Notes under the pieces: generated by a model
The model's input: the letters and a program-made list of their open reading frames with translations, nothing else
What the model was told of the DNA's origin: nothing
The model's database searches: none
Part shown: piece after piece, positions 10,123-19,906 of the stretch
Position numbering within the stretch: position 1 is the stretch's first letter
Layout: each line of letters begins with the position of its first letter
Translations under genes and position numbers: made by a program
Source of the DNA: Gemmataceae bacterium
Lineage (GTDB): Bacteria; Planctomycetota; Planctomycetia; Gemmatales; Gemmataceae
Direction: 5' to 3'
DNA length: 64,000 bases
Assembly: GCA_019694755.1 (NCBI GenBank)
Contig: JAIBBI010000008.1
Span: forward strand, 1-64,000

Positions 10123-10893
10123 TCAGTTAATCGGAGGAGCCGCCAAGCCGTGATCGTTGCTGGCCACGCTGTTGCGTGCGACCCAAGTGTTGTGACTCCC
10201 AAGTCGCTCGAGGGCCTGCGGGCTATCGAGAATCGTCATATCCAACTGTTCCCGCGACTCGAGGCTGGCAAGCACGGTCTCGGGTTCGACCGACGGCTCC
10301 ATCAGGGCGTTCATCGCGGGGTCACCCCAAAATGTCATCAGCGCGCGCCCGACCGATTGCCGGGCCATTTCATCGCAATTGTGAAGGTCGACCGCACGGA
10401 ATCGGGCGGTCGGAGTGTATTGCAGGTTCGGAAGTTTCGCGAGGTGTTCGGTCTTCAACCAGATAATGGGAATCTGGTCGAGCGCGAGTTGGCCCGGCTG
10501 ATCCCGGCCCCACGTCATGTGAAAGAACGAACAGGTCAGGTCGACGAGGCCGCCGAACTCGGTGACGAGCCAGGCGTGGGGCGTCGGCAATGCGGGGTTA
10601 TGCGACCAGAATCCGCTTCGGGTCTGCCAGGCCAGGCCAGCCGTATCGACCCCGCCGAACAGCCAGGACACGGTCCCGCCGACGATTGTCGAGCGGATAC
10701 GCAGCGAGCGCAGCACCATGAAGATGGCGAGGGCCGCCCCGTGGCACTTTTCCGCGTAGTTTTCAGGGGTCACGTGGCGCAACGCCGCCACCGTCGAACG
10801 CAAGACCATCCTTTTCAGGATGGGGTGCAGTTCGGAATTGGCGTACGACTCCCGAAGGAGCCTATCGAGGACGTGGGAATCGGGGCTCTTCAT
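10123..10893 (-). CDS. Hypothetical protein (256 aa), Cys/His-containing
   Basis: Protein-like C-terminal 256 aa of the 602-aa ORF. ATG at 10893 (MKSPDSHVL...). The longer reading would overlap the aspartate kinase gene on the other strand, so I truncate it. Confidence 0.5.
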   Translation of the reverse strand: MKSPDSHVLDRLLRESYANSELHPILKRMVLRSTVAALRHVTPENYAEKCHGAALAIFMVLRSLRIRSTIVGGTVSWLFGGVDTAGLAWQTRSGFWSHNPALPTPHAWLVTEFGGLVDLTCSFFHMTWGRDQPGQLALDQIPIIWLKTEHLAKLPNLQYTPTARFRAVDLHNCDEMARQSVGRALMTFWGDPAMNALMEPSVEPETVLASLESREQLDMTILDSPQALERLGSHNTWVARNSVASNDHGLAAPPIN

Positions 10894-11067
10894 CACGCGT
10901 CTGTCGGGGGCTCTCGAGTAGAAGTGTGAACGGGGGTGGAAATCCGCCACCGGAGTGCGTTTCAAATTCTTCCAGGTGAAACCGGAGGCCTTCATATTGA
11001 TGAAGGCAGCTACACCGGGAGGAGCATCTCTCCTTAAGATGACTCTTTTCCTGGAGATGCGTCCACC

Positions 11068-12891
11068 ATGCCGCTTGTTGTTCAGAAGTTCGGGGGATCG
11101 AGCGTGGCGACGGCCGCGCGGATCATGGCAGCCGCCCGTCGGGCGATTCGTGCCCGCCAGGCCGGCTGTCAGGTGATCGTCGTCGTCAGCGCGCGCGGCG
11201 ACACGACCGACGAACTCATCGGCCTGGCCCACGAGATCACCGACGATCCGCCAAAGCGCGAAATGGACATGCTCTTGGCCACCGGCGAGCAGATTTCGAT
11301 CGCGCTCATGGCCATGGCCATCCGCACGCTCGGGGTGCCGGCCATCAGCTTCACCGGCACTCAGATCGGCATCCGGACGGACTCCACACACACCAAGGCC
11401 CGCATCAAGGAGATCGACACCGCCCGCATCCGCCAGGCGCTGGCCGAGGGCAACGTCGTCATCGTCGCCGGGTTCCAGGGCGTCGACGAGGAGTTCAACA
11501 TCACGACTCTGGGCCGGGGCGGCTCGGACACGACGGCCGTCGCCCTGGCGGCCGTTCTCAAACACGAGTCGGATTCCCAGCCGCCGGTCGATCACCCGGT
11601 GAATTGCGAAATCTACACCGACGTCGATGGCGTCTACACCACCGACCCGCGGGTCGTCCCCGAGGCGCGCAAACTCGACGCGATCAGCTACGACGAAATG
11701 CTCGAGCTCGCCAGCGTCGGCGCGGGCGTCATGCACTCGCGCTCGATCGAATTCGCGAAGAAGTTCGACGTGCCGTTGATGGTCCGCAGCAGCTTCACCG
11801 ACACCGAGGGCACCTGGATCGTGCCCGAGGCGGCATGGATGCGCGACGTGGACGTGTGCGGTGCGGCCATGGTCCGCGACGAGGCGGGCGTGTTCATCGA
11901 ACAATTGCCCGATCGGCCCGGCATCAGTCACACAATCTTCGCCGCGCTAGCGGAGAAAAACATCGTCGTCGACATGATCGTGCAGAACGTCGCTGCCGCG
12001 GGCAAAGCCGGCATCGGCTTCACCGTGCCCAAGGGTGAACTGGCGCACGCCCTCGCGATTCTTCAGCCCCATGCCGCGTCGCTGGGCGCCCGCATCACTG
12101 CCGACGAGGAAGTCAGCAAGGTCTCCGTCGTCGGTACCGGCATGCGGACGCATTCCGGTGTCGCCGGCAAGATGTTTGCCGCGCTTGCGGCCGAGCAGGT
12201 GAACATGAAGATGATCACCACTGGCGACATCAAGATTTCCGTCCTCGTCGACAAGGCCGACGGGGCCCGTGCTTTGCGGGCGGTCCACGAGGCGTTCCGC
12301 CTCGAGCGCGAGCGGCCCGGCGCGGGTCGGCCTGCCCCCGAGTCGGCCCGCGGGGCGCAGTCCATCGCCGTGTCGGGCGGCGACCTCGCCGTCGGTGTCG
12401 CCCGGCTCACCGCCATGGAAGACATCCTCGTCCGCGACGTGGTCCTCGATGACAATCACGGCCGGGTCACCGTCACCGACCTGCCCGATGAGCCCGGCGT
12501 GTGTGCGCGGCTGTTCTCCGACATTGCCGGGGCCGGCGTGCTGGTTGACATGATCGTGCAGAACCTGACCCGAGACGGCCGGGCCGTGATGAGCTTCAGC
12601 GTGCCGGCCAACGACCTGACCCGCGCCGTCGACCTCACCAAAAACGCCGTCGTGAAGATTCACGACAGCACGGCCGTCTCCGGCGACATCGATCTGGCCG
12701 TGTTGCACGTCTACGGAGTCGGCATGCGGACGCACACGGGCGTCGCCCGAACTATGTTCGGCGCGCTGGCGGCTCAGGGCATCAATATCGCGATGATCAA
12801 TACGAGCGAAGTGTGCGTGAGCGTCGCGGTCGACAAGGCACGGGGTAAGGCTGCCCATGCCGCATTAAGGACTGCGTTTGCCCTGGCGTGA
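11068..12891 (+). CDS. lysC: Aspartate kinase with four tandem ACT domains
   Basis: VVQKFGGSSV...VVSA N-terminal kinase motifs, GGSDTTAVALAA. Two pairs of ACT domains (about 607 aa), as in the cyanobacterial-type enzyme. Confidence 0.9.
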   Translation: MPLVVQKFGGSSVATAARIMAAARRAIRARQAGCQVIVVVSARGDTTDELIGLAHEITDDPPKREMDMLLATGEQISIALMAMAIRTLGVPAISFTGTQIGIRTDSTHTKARIKEIDTARIRQALAEGNVVIVAGFQGVDEEFNITTLGRGGSDTTAVALAAVLKHESDSQPPVDHPVNCEIYTDVDGVYTTDPRVVPEARKLDAISYDEMLELASVGAGVMHSRSIEFAKKFDVPLMVRSSFTDTEGTWIVPEAAWMRDVDVCGAAMVRDEAGVFIEQLPDRPGISHTIFAALAEKNIVVDMIVQNVAAAGKAGIGFTVPKGELAHALAILQPHAASLGARITADEEVSKVSVVGTGMRTHSGVAGKMFAALAAEQVNMKMITTGDIKISVLVDKADGARALRAVHEAFRLERERPGAGRPAPESARGAQSIAVSGGDLAVGVARLTAMEDILVRDVVLDDNHGRVTVTDLPDEPGVCARLFSDIAGAGVLVDMIVQNLTRDGRAVMSFSVPANDLTRAVDLTKNAVVKIHDSTAVSGDIDLAVLHVYGVGMRTHTGVARTMFGALAAQGINIAMINTSEVCVSVAVDKARGKAAHAALRTAFALA

Positions 12892-12892
12892 G

Positions 12893-13303
12893 TCACGACT
12901 TGGGTTTGCGGGGCACGGCACACTGGCCGTCGTGGCACGGAACGAGTTTGTAGCGGTTCTTCGCGACCCAGAGGTAGACCTTCCGGCCCAGCCACGGCAC
13001 GCCCGGGATGTACAGAAACGGCGCGATCAGCCAGGTGGCCGGAAGCCGCCAGGACATCCAGCGGAACGCGTCGAACCCGGCATAGGCCCGCTTCCCGCCC
13101 GGCGGGACGACGTGCATCTCTTCGAGCAGCCGATCCATCTCCAGCGGTTGCTCGCTGGCTGGCCAGTTGGCCGTGTCGCGGGCGTCCCGGCACTCGAGCC
13201 TGTGCAGCCAGTCGAGTTTGCGCAGAATGCTCACCGACTTCTGGCAGAAGGCACAGTCGCCGTCGAAAAGCACGATTCCGGTATTCGCGGTCGCTGCGTT
13301 CAT
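12893..13303 (-). CDS. Thiol-disulfide oxidoreductase DCC family protein (DUF393)
   Basis: VLFDGDCAFC motif. ATG at 13303 preceded by GGGGAG; ORF-track extension to 13345 less likely. Confidence 0.7.
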   Translation of the reverse strand: MNAATANTGIVLFDGDCAFCQKSVSILRKLDWLHRLECRDARDTANWPASEQPLEMDRLLEEMHVVPPGGKRAYAGFDAFRWMSWRLPATWLIAPFLYIPGVPWLGRKVYLWVAKNRYKLVPCHDGQCAVPRKPKS

Positions 13304-13366
13304 GGCTCCCCGGTACACTAACCGCCAATCGGCGGCCCGCATCACTCACTCCGAGACCATTCTACG

Positions 13367-14845
13367 ATGCCCGCGACGTGCGCGCTGCTCGCGATCGACC
13401 TGGGGGCCGAGTCAGGCCGCGGTATTCTCGGCACATTCGACGGTGCCCGTGTCGCACTCGAGGCCGTGCACCGGTTTCCCAATGGCGGCGTGACGCTGCT
13501 CGACCAGATGGTCTGGGACGCCCCGGGCCTGCACCGCGAGATCCTGAACTGCCTGCGAATCGCCCACTCCGACCGCGGCGGCGTCGACTCGGTCGGCATC
13601 GACACCTGGGGCGTCGACTTCGGGCTCATCGGCCGGGGCGGCACCCTGCTCGGCCTGCCCCGCCACTACCGCGACCCGCACACCGAGGGCTTCCCCGACC
13701 GGGCGTTTGCCACCGTTCCCGGGGCAGAGATCTACCAGCGGACGGGCTTGCAGTTTCTACGGTTCAATTCGCTGTTCCAACTGGCCGCGATGAAGCACGA
13801 CCGCTCGCCGTTGCTCGACCCGGCCGAGCACTTGCTGATGATCCCGGACCTGCTCCATTACTGGCTCACTGGCATCAAGGCGAATGAGTACACCGATGCC
13901 AGCACGACGCAGATGGTGAACGCGCAGACCCGGCAATGGGATTACGAACTGGCCGGGAAGTTCGGCATCGCGCCGAAGATGCTGGGCAGCCTAATAACTC
14001 CCGGCACGGTCCTCGGCCCGCTGCGCTTGCAGGTCGCGACCGAGACGGGAGCCCGGCCGATCCCGGTGATCGCGCCGGCGACGCACGATACGGCCTCGGC
14101 CGTGGTAGCCGTGCCGGGCAAGGGCGACGACTGGGCGTACCTGAGTTCCGGCACGTGGAGTCTGCTCGGCTGCGAACTGCCCGAACCGGTGATCACTGAC
14201 GAGTCGCGGACGGCCAACTTCACCAACGAGGGCGGCGTCGACCGCACGATCCGGTTCCTGAAGAACATCATGGGGCTCTGGCTGGTGCAGGAGTGCCGGC
14301 GGAGTTTCTCGCGGGCCGGCAACGAGTTCAGCTACGACGGGCTGACGCACCAGGCCCGCGAAGCCGAGCCGTTCCGCAGCCTGATCGACCCGGATCACGC
14401 GAGCTTCCTGCTCCCGGCCGATATGCCGACGGCGATCACGGCTTTCTGCAAGCGAACGAATCAACCCGCGCCGACGACGCCGGGCCACTTCGCCCGTTGC
14501 TGCTTCGAAAGCCTCGCGATGAAATACCGCGACGTGCTGAATCGGATGGAGTCGCTGACGGGCCGGCGATTCGGAATCCTGCATGTCGTGGGCGGCGGGT
14601 GCCAGAACGAGTTGCTCAATCAGTTCACTGCCGACGCGATCGGAAGGCCTGTGGTCGCCGGCCCCGTGGAAGCCACCGCACTCGGCAATGTGATGATGCA
14701 GGCCCGCGGGTTGGGCCTGGTGTCGTCACTGGAAGAAATCCGGGACGTCGTCCGTTCATCCTGCGAGTTCGCAACCTATGAACCGAAGGACGCCGCCAAG
14801 TGGGACGAACAGGCAGAACGGTTCGCGAGGGTGACGGGGAAGTAG
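13367..14845 (+). CDS. rhaB: Rhamnulokinase (FGGY carbohydrate kinase family)
   Basis: Blocks shared with E. coli RhaB: AIDLGAESGR, VHRFPNG, IDTWGVDFGL, YRDPHT, IYQRTGLQFLRFNSLFQL, NIMGLWL, HVVGGGCQN, GPVEATALGN. Confidence 0.85.
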   Translation: MPATCALLAIDLGAESGRGILGTFDGARVALEAVHRFPNGGVTLLDQMVWDAPGLHREILNCLRIAHSDRGGVDSVGIDTWGVDFGLIGRGGTLLGLPRHYRDPHTEGFPDRAFATVPGAEIYQRTGLQFLRFNSLFQLAAMKHDRSPLLDPAEHLLMIPDLLHYWLTGIKANEYTDASTTQMVNAQTRQWDYELAGKFGIAPKMLGSLITPGTVLGPLRLQVATETGARPIPVIAPATHDTASAVVAVPGKGDDWAYLSSGTWSLLGCELPEPVITDESRTANFTNEGGVDRTIRFLKNIMGLWLVQECRRSFSRAGNEFSYDGLTHQAREAEPFRSLIDPDHASFLLPADMPTAITAFCKRTNQPAPTTPGHFARCCFESLAMKYRDVLNRMESLTGRRFGILHVVGGGCQNELLNQFTADAIGRPVVAGPVEATALGNVMMQARGLGLVSSLEEIRDVVRSSCEFATYEPKDAAKWDEQAERFARVTGK

Positions 14846-14859
14846 GAACCAAGTGGTTC

Positions 14860-14885
14860 TTCCCTCCCCCGCAAGGGGGAGGGAA
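14860..14885. terminator. Perfect GC-rich hairpin (11-bp stem, GCAA loop) between convergent genes
   Basis: TTCCCTCCCCC-GCAA-GGGGGAGGGAA. No U-tract on either strand, so assignment as an intrinsic terminator is tentative. Confidence 0.35.
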
Positions 14886-14951
14886 CCATTCGGACTTTGC
14901 GAACCCCGTCTTTCTGGCGGAAAGCGGATCGCGGTTAGCGGATAGCGGACC

Positions 14952-17246
14952 TCACACTCCGACCGGCGGCCCGTTCCTTTCCGGCGTGTTGGCCGCCGAC
15001 TGCATGTCCGTCAGGGCTTCGCGGGTCATGCGGTCGGCGAACTCCTTCATTACCGAGCCACTGCCGTCGTCCTTCAAGTCGAACCCACTCTTCTCGGCGA
15101 CGAGCAGGCTGATCAGCGTGCCGAGCAGGCCCGTCGCGCCCCCGGCATTCGGGCTGCCGTCGCCGCCACCGGCCATGAACACCTTTTGCGGCACCAACGG
15201 CTGCTGGCTGTTGGCCAGCTTGTCCGCCGCCTGCAGCAAAGCGTACAACCGGGGGTCGCCGAAGCTGTTGATCTTGCGCATCAGCACCGTCGCCTCGCTG
15301 AGGCCGATCTGGAGCTGCTTGGTGCCTTCGCCCTTACCGGCCAGCACCTTCTGTTTCGCGTCCGCCTCGGCGAGCATGACGGTCTGCTCAGCCTGGCGCT
15401 TCGCCCGTGCCAGGTCAGCGTCGGCCTGGATCACGCGGATCTGGTTGTCGGCCTGCGCGGTCACCACCGTCTGCTCGGCCGCCTTGCGGGCGCGGGCCAG
15501 GTCCGCCTCGCCCTTGATCTCGTTGATGCGGATCGTCACCTGGCTGTTCGTCAGCTCCGTCTGCATCTGCGCGATGGCTTGCGCCTCCTGCAGGTGCTTG
15601 AGCTTCTCGGCCGCGCCCCGCTGCTTCTCGTAGGTCTCGATCTGCTCAATCGAAAGCTGCCGCTGGCGAAGCTGTTCGAGCAGCCCCTCGATCTTGGTGT
15701 CGCCCTCCACGCTCGTCGGCTTGCCGATCAGCACGTCGACGCACTCGATGTCGAACTCGGAGAACCGCTCGTGCAGTTGCTGCTTGGCTTCCTTCTGGAT
15801 GTCGTCGCGTTCCTGCAGAAGTTGCAGCATCGTCTTCTTGTGGGCCACGTCGCGGAAGAAGGCCGAGAGCATCGGGTCGAGCGTCTGCGTGATCAGCTTC
15901 TTGACGTCGCCGAACCGCTGGATGACGCCGGGGGCCCGCTGGTAGTCGATGTGTACGACCACGGAGAGCGGCAGGAGCGGCTCATACGCGTCGCGGGTAA
16001 CGAGGTCGATGCTGCGCAGCGACTCGTCGTAGCGGTGGGCTTCGGTCTTGCCGGTGATCCAGTGGAGCACGAAGTTGGTGGTCGGCACCAGGATCAGGTT
16101 GCCGGCATAGGTATTGAACGGGTACTTGCCCGGGCCGAGCGGCTTCTGCCACACGCCGCGCTCGCCCTCGGCCACGCGCTCGCCGTGGCGGAACGCGGTG
16201 CCCGAGAGGTCCCGCCCCTGTTGCCCGTAGTAGCTGACCACGACGCCGACGTAGCCGATGGGCACCACGGTCTTCGGCTTGATCTCGATGGTGGCGAACC
16301 AGCGGTTGATGAAGTAGGTACCGTCGGTGAGCGGCATGTACTGCCGGCCTCGCCGGCCACCCGCCCGCAGAAACGCCTCGGGGTCCTGGAAGTTGTTGTG
16401 GTAGTGGGCGTCGTTCGACGAGTTGCCCACGTCCGGTGCGATGATCTCGCCGGGCGACAGGCTGGGGCCGTCGTGCACGGTCACGATGCCGATGGAGTCG
16501 ACCTTCACCGTCTGGTCGTTGCGGAGCGGGTCGATGGCGTCGACCGGCTTGCCGATGACGACGGGGTGGAAGCCGTCGATCTCGCGGAGTTCTTCCTGCC
16601 AGGCGAGGAGTTCCTGGAGTTCCTGTCGGCCCGCGGTGCCGAGCCGATAGACGCGGTTCTCGGTGATGACGGTGAACAGCGCGGGGTTGATGGCATACAC
16701 GCCTTCACGCAGGATCGACCGCTGTCGGCCGCGCTGGCCGCCGGCCGACCCGAGCAGCGAGCTTTCCGACGCGAGTTGCGGTTCGCCGGCCTCCGGCTCC
16801 CGGCTGGCGACCTCGGAGAGGAAGCCGCGGGCGTCCTGAAAGTTGTTGCACTCGACCACCCGGCCCAGCGTCTGGCTGGCCGAGAGCGGCTCGCCGTCGC
16901 GGGCATACACGTAGCCGATCTGGCCCTGCGGCACGGTCACGAGCGGCAGGCGGTGAATCTTGTACTGCCAACGCCAGAGTCCGAAGTGGAAGCCACCGCG
17001 GAGCAGATCGGCCTGGTAGCCGGCCTCGCCGTGCAGGGCCATGATCCGGCCCTCGGGCACGGAGCCTTTGGGGCTCCAGCGTTTTTCGACGACGCCGACC
17101 TGATCGTTCGGGATGAACCGCAGGCCGCACAGTTCGAGGAGGAGGAGCAGCCCCAGCACAATGACCAGGGCGACCGCGAGTCCGTTCGTCAGTACATCGG
17201 GGAGTTGGGCGAGGGGAAGCGGGAGGGCGACGAAGTGATGGAACAT
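14952..17246 (-). CDS. Flotillin-like SPFH/band-7 domain membrane protein
   Basis: N-terminal TM, SPFH-like region (RFIPNDQVGVVEKRW...), C-terminal Ala/Glu/Gln-rich coiled coil typical of flotillin/YqiK. Confidence 0.7.
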   Translation of the reverse strand: MFHHFVALPLPLAQLPDVLTNGLAVALVIVLGLLLLLELCGLRFIPNDQVGVVEKRWSPKGSVPEGRIMALHGEAGYQADLLRGGFHFGLWRWQYKIHRLPLVTVPQGQIGYVYARDGEPLSASQTLGRVVECNNFQDARGFLSEVASREPEAGEPQLASESSLLGSAGGQRGRQRSILREGVYAINPALFTVITENRVYRLGTAGRQELQELLAWQEELREIDGFHPVVIGKPVDAIDPLRNDQTVKVDSIGIVTVHDGPSLSPGEIIAPDVGNSSNDAHYHNNFQDPEAFLRAGGRRGRQYMPLTDGTYFINRWFATIEIKPKTVVPIGYVGVVVSYYGQQGRDLSGTAFRHGERVAEGERGVWQKPLGPGKYPFNTYAGNLILVPTTNFVLHWITGKTEAHRYDESLRSIDLVTRDAYEPLLPLSVVVHIDYQRAPGVIQRFGDVKKLITQTLDPMLSAFFRDVAHKKTMLQLLQERDDIQKEAKQQLHERFSEFDIECVDVLIGKPTSVEGDTKIEGLLEQLRQRQLSIEQIETYEKQRGAAEKLKHLQEAQAIAQMQTELTNSQVTIRINEIKGEADLARARKAAEQTVVTAQADNQIRVIQADADLARAKRQAEQTVMLAEADAKQKVLAGKGEGTKQLQIGLSEATVLMRKINSFGDPRLYALLQAADKLANSQQPLVPQKVFMAGGGDGSPNAGGATGLLGTLISLLVAEKSGFDLKDDGSGSVMKEFADRMTREALTDMQSAANTPERNGPPVGV

Positions 17247-17446
17247 GGAAGCAAAAGCTCCGTCGGCTGCCCACGCCCGCGGCGGCGAAACACGCCACCG
17301 CGGATCGAACGGGCGGTATCAAACCGCCCCGGGCCGGCCGGACAAGTTCGATGGGTATTTCGCCATATCCCGGGGTTCATTACAACTGAACATTCGTACA
17401 AACCCCTTGGAAACCCCTGCGGATTGTTCCACAACTGCCGCTCAGG

Positions 17447-17452
17447 TATGAT
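17447..17452 (+). promoter_or_regulatory. Candidate -10 hexamer TATGAT within GGTATGATCA motif upstream of DUF4058-like gene
   Basis: Near-consensus -10 about 75 nt upstream of ATG 17527. The same GGTAT(G/A)ATCA context recurs at 30667 and 32347. Confidence 0.3.
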
Positions 17453-17526
17453 CATGCGGGGGAATGGGAAATCACTCCGTAGACACGTAGAATTCCGCGC
17501 TCCGGCTCGTTGAGGGTGCCTGACAC

Positions 17527-18261
17527 ATGCCGATACACGATTGGACTCGCGTCAAGCCCGGCATCTTCCACGTTCTGCACCATGACTGGATCACGGAGAT
17601 CGCGCGGGCTTTGAATCAGGGTGTCTTACCTGCCGACTACTATGCTTTGCCCGAGCAACGGGTCGGCCAGTTCGGTCCGGATGTTCTCGCGCTCCACACA
17701 TCGGAACCGGCTGCATCGCCGCCTGTCAGCGACGGGACCGGTGTGGCCGTCGCACCTCGTGTCCAGCCGACGGCGGAGACCGACCTCGATTTTTATCGAC
17801 GCAAGCAGAATGTCGTTGCGGTGCGCCATGCCAGCGACGATCGCTGCGTGGCTGTCATTGAACTCGTGTCGCCGGGCAATAAGTCATCGCGGCGGGCATT
17901 GGCGAACTTCGTGGACAAGTCGGCCGAGTTGCTCGACCGCGGCATTCATCTGCTCGTGGCCGACCTTCAACCTCCCGGCCAGCGCGACCCGAACGGGATT
18001 CATGCCGAGCTATGGGACGCGATAGCCGGCGAGCCATATGAACTGCCCCGGGCCCAGCCGCTGACCTTTGCAGCGTACGAAACCGACGACGGGGTCCGCG
18101 CGTATGTCGAACACCGAGCCGTCGGCGAAACGCTGCCCGTGATGCCGCTATTCCTCGCACCGCAGCGGGCGGTCGACGTGCCACTCGAATCGACGTACAC
18201 CGCGGCCTACAACGGAATGGCCGCCCGATGGCGACAGGTACTGGAAGCCCCCGGCCCCTAA
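17527..18261 (+). CDS. DUF4058-like protein (Uma2/PD-(D/E)xK-like family of unknown function)
   Basis: N-terminus MPIHDWTRVKPGIFHVLHHDWITEI...LPADYY and internal VAVIELVSPGNKS resemble the DUF4058 family as I recall it. No database check was possible. Confidence 0.45.
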   Translation: MPIHDWTRVKPGIFHVLHHDWITEIARALNQGVLPADYYALPEQRVGQFGPDVLALHTSEPAASPPVSDGTGVAVAPRVQPTAETDLDFYRRKQNVVAVRHASDDRCVAVIELVSPGNKSSRRALANFVDKSAELLDRGIHLLVADLQPPGQRDPNGIHAELWDAIAGEPYELPRAQPLTFAAYETDDGVRAYVEHRAVGETLPVMPLFLAPQRAVDVPLESTYTAAYNGMAARWRQVLEAPGP

Positions 18262-18266
18262 AAGGG

Positions 18267-19829
18267 TTACGCCGCGATGCCGGCCGGGCAAGTTCGCCGC
18301 CAGCGACTCGCGAGCCGAACCAACGCCGGCCAGATGAGGTAGCCCACGCCCGCTGCCGTTACCGCGTACAGCCACCACGGGCGCGGGGCTTCGGGCGACC
18401 AACGCTCCCATAGGTAGCGATTGGTATCCGACATCTCAGTCCAAAGCTGGCCATCGCAGTCGAAACCGATGGGCCACCGTCCGTGAAGGATTCGGGTAGT
18501 TTTTCCATCGGACACACGGAAAGTCTCAGTAACAATGTTACTCACGGGCATCAGGAGATTGGCGAGAACGGCGGGTAGCGCAGTACGAATCGATTTGTTC
18601 CACCCGCTACCCGTGACCTGAAACACTGCATGGTCTTTTGACAACCGACCGCCGCGATAACTGCTCCATTCGGCAGTGATTCTGTGGAGTTCATGACCCG
18701 ACTTCGTGTCCAACACTCGAACGACATTGGTCGAGTCTTTCAGGAAGACGCGTCCCTGCCATTCCACCGACAGTTTGATCGGCGGCGCATGCTTCCCCGG
18801 GCGACGTTCACCGGCCGACAAATCCCAAGTAGTCCAAAGACTCCGTTTCGACGACGGCGGGACAAAACACTGAGGGATAGCGTTATCTCTGCCGAATGGC
18901 GACTCCAACAAGTTGAAAGATGCAACTCGCCCGTCGTCACTCACTTCCAGGTAAAAGGAGTCAGAAAAGGAATCGTTATCGATTGGAAAGGTCCGCTGTT
19001 CCCGGGTACTTCGCTTCCAGGCTTGGATCTGATTCTCCCTACTGAGGGACAGCATTTCGATGTCATCACTCTTGACGAGCGCTACAATCGTCTGGCCGTC
19101 CCTGCTGACGCAGATCCTGTGTACGCTGATACTCGGATCAGGTAGCCGAGGCAGGCCTCGGGGGTTGTTACTCGAATTTGGCAGTTTCAGCGGGTACTGC
19201 TCGATGACCGCGCCGGTCTTGAAATCCCACAGTTCAATCCCGCGTTCATCTCGGGAAACCGCGAACAAGCCCGAGCCGTCGGGCAGAACTTCAGCACAGG
19301 CCCCAACCTCCCGAGATTGAAACACTGGCCGTCCATCCGACGTTCGCAAGACGACCGTTGCGACGCCGTTGGCCGCAATCAGGTGACACCCATCGACACT
19401 CCAGCGCACCCGCGTCCATCGCCCGGGCGGCAATGCCAACGGTTCGCTCGGCGACACCAGCGAATGCAGGTCCCACTGATAGTTCGGCTGTCGCAAGGCA
19501 ATCCATCTGCCATCGGGAGACAAAAGCACCGGAATCGCAGTGGCCGAGCCGGTGGTCCTGCATTCGACAAGCGACCTGACATCGACTGTCGTGAAGTGGT
19601 ATTTTTTTGGCTCGATATTCGCAAACACAGTCTTCGTCTGGTTCGGCAGGAACACAACTCTCGAACCATCGGCAGATATCACTCCTTCCGATCCCGCCGG
19701 CTTTTCAAAGCAGAAGTCCGGCTGCGGGGGCCAGAGCAGCCAGACGAACCAAAGCAACGGGAGCAAGCCGGCAATGCTCGCACGCGGCCAGTGGAAGGGA
19801 AGCGACAGCAGGCGACGACCGATTAACAT
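18267..19829 (-). CDS. PD40/TolB-like beta-propeller membrane protein, paralog A (N-terminal signal-anchor and C-terminal TM)
   Basis: Start at ATG 19829 (MLIGRRLL...). N-terminal TM plus PPQPDFCFE motif, repeated SPDG/SxDG propeller blades, C-terminal WWLYAVTAAGVGYLIWPALVRL TM and basic tail. Upstream extension of the ORF track reads through the repeat of the neighbouring gene and is rejected. Confidence 0.6.
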   Translation of the reverse strand: MLIGRRLLSLPFHWPRASIAGLLPLLWFVWLLWPPQPDFCFEKPAGSEGVISADGSRVVFLPNQTKTVFANIEPKKYHFTTVDVRSLVECRTTGSATAIPVLLSPDGRWIALRQPNYQWDLHSLVSPSEPLALPPGRWTRVRWSVDGCHLIAANGVATVVLRTSDGRPVFQSREVGACAEVLPDGSGLFAVSRDERGIELWDFKTGAVIEQYPLKLPNSSNNPRGLPRLPDPSISVHRICVSRDGQTIVALVKSDDIEMLSLSRENQIQAWKRSTREQRTFPIDNDSFSDSFYLEVSDDGRVASFNLLESPFGRDNAIPQCFVPPSSKRSLWTTWDLSAGERRPGKHAPPIKLSVEWQGRVFLKDSTNVVRVLDTKSGHELHRITAEWSSYRGGRLSKDHAVFQVTGSGWNKSIRTALPAVLANLLMPVSNIVTETFRVSDGKTTRILHGRWPIGFDCDGQLWTEMSDTNRYLWERWSPEAPRPWWLYAVTAAGVGYLIWPALVRLASRWRRTCPAGIAA

Positions 19830-19906
19830 GCGAGCGATCCGCTTTGGGCCCGATCGGGTGATCGTACCCGAAACACCCGGCCGATCCAACCGGGACCCGG
19901 CCGGCG

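Noticed and set aside
10123-11931. 602-aa minus-strand ORF
   Set aside because: Its N-terminal 340 aa would overlap the well-supported aspartate kinase gene on the opposite strand and lack protein-like composition. I truncated it to the ATG at 10893.
15186-17513. 775-aa plus-strand ORF opposite the flotillin gene, and 28944..30404 + opposite korA, 61155..63446 + opposite the coiled-coil gene, 11947..12858 - opposite aspartate kinase
   Set aside because: These are mirror ORFs of repetitive Ala/Glu/Leu-rich coding sequence on the other strand. The sense-strand products have clear family signatures.
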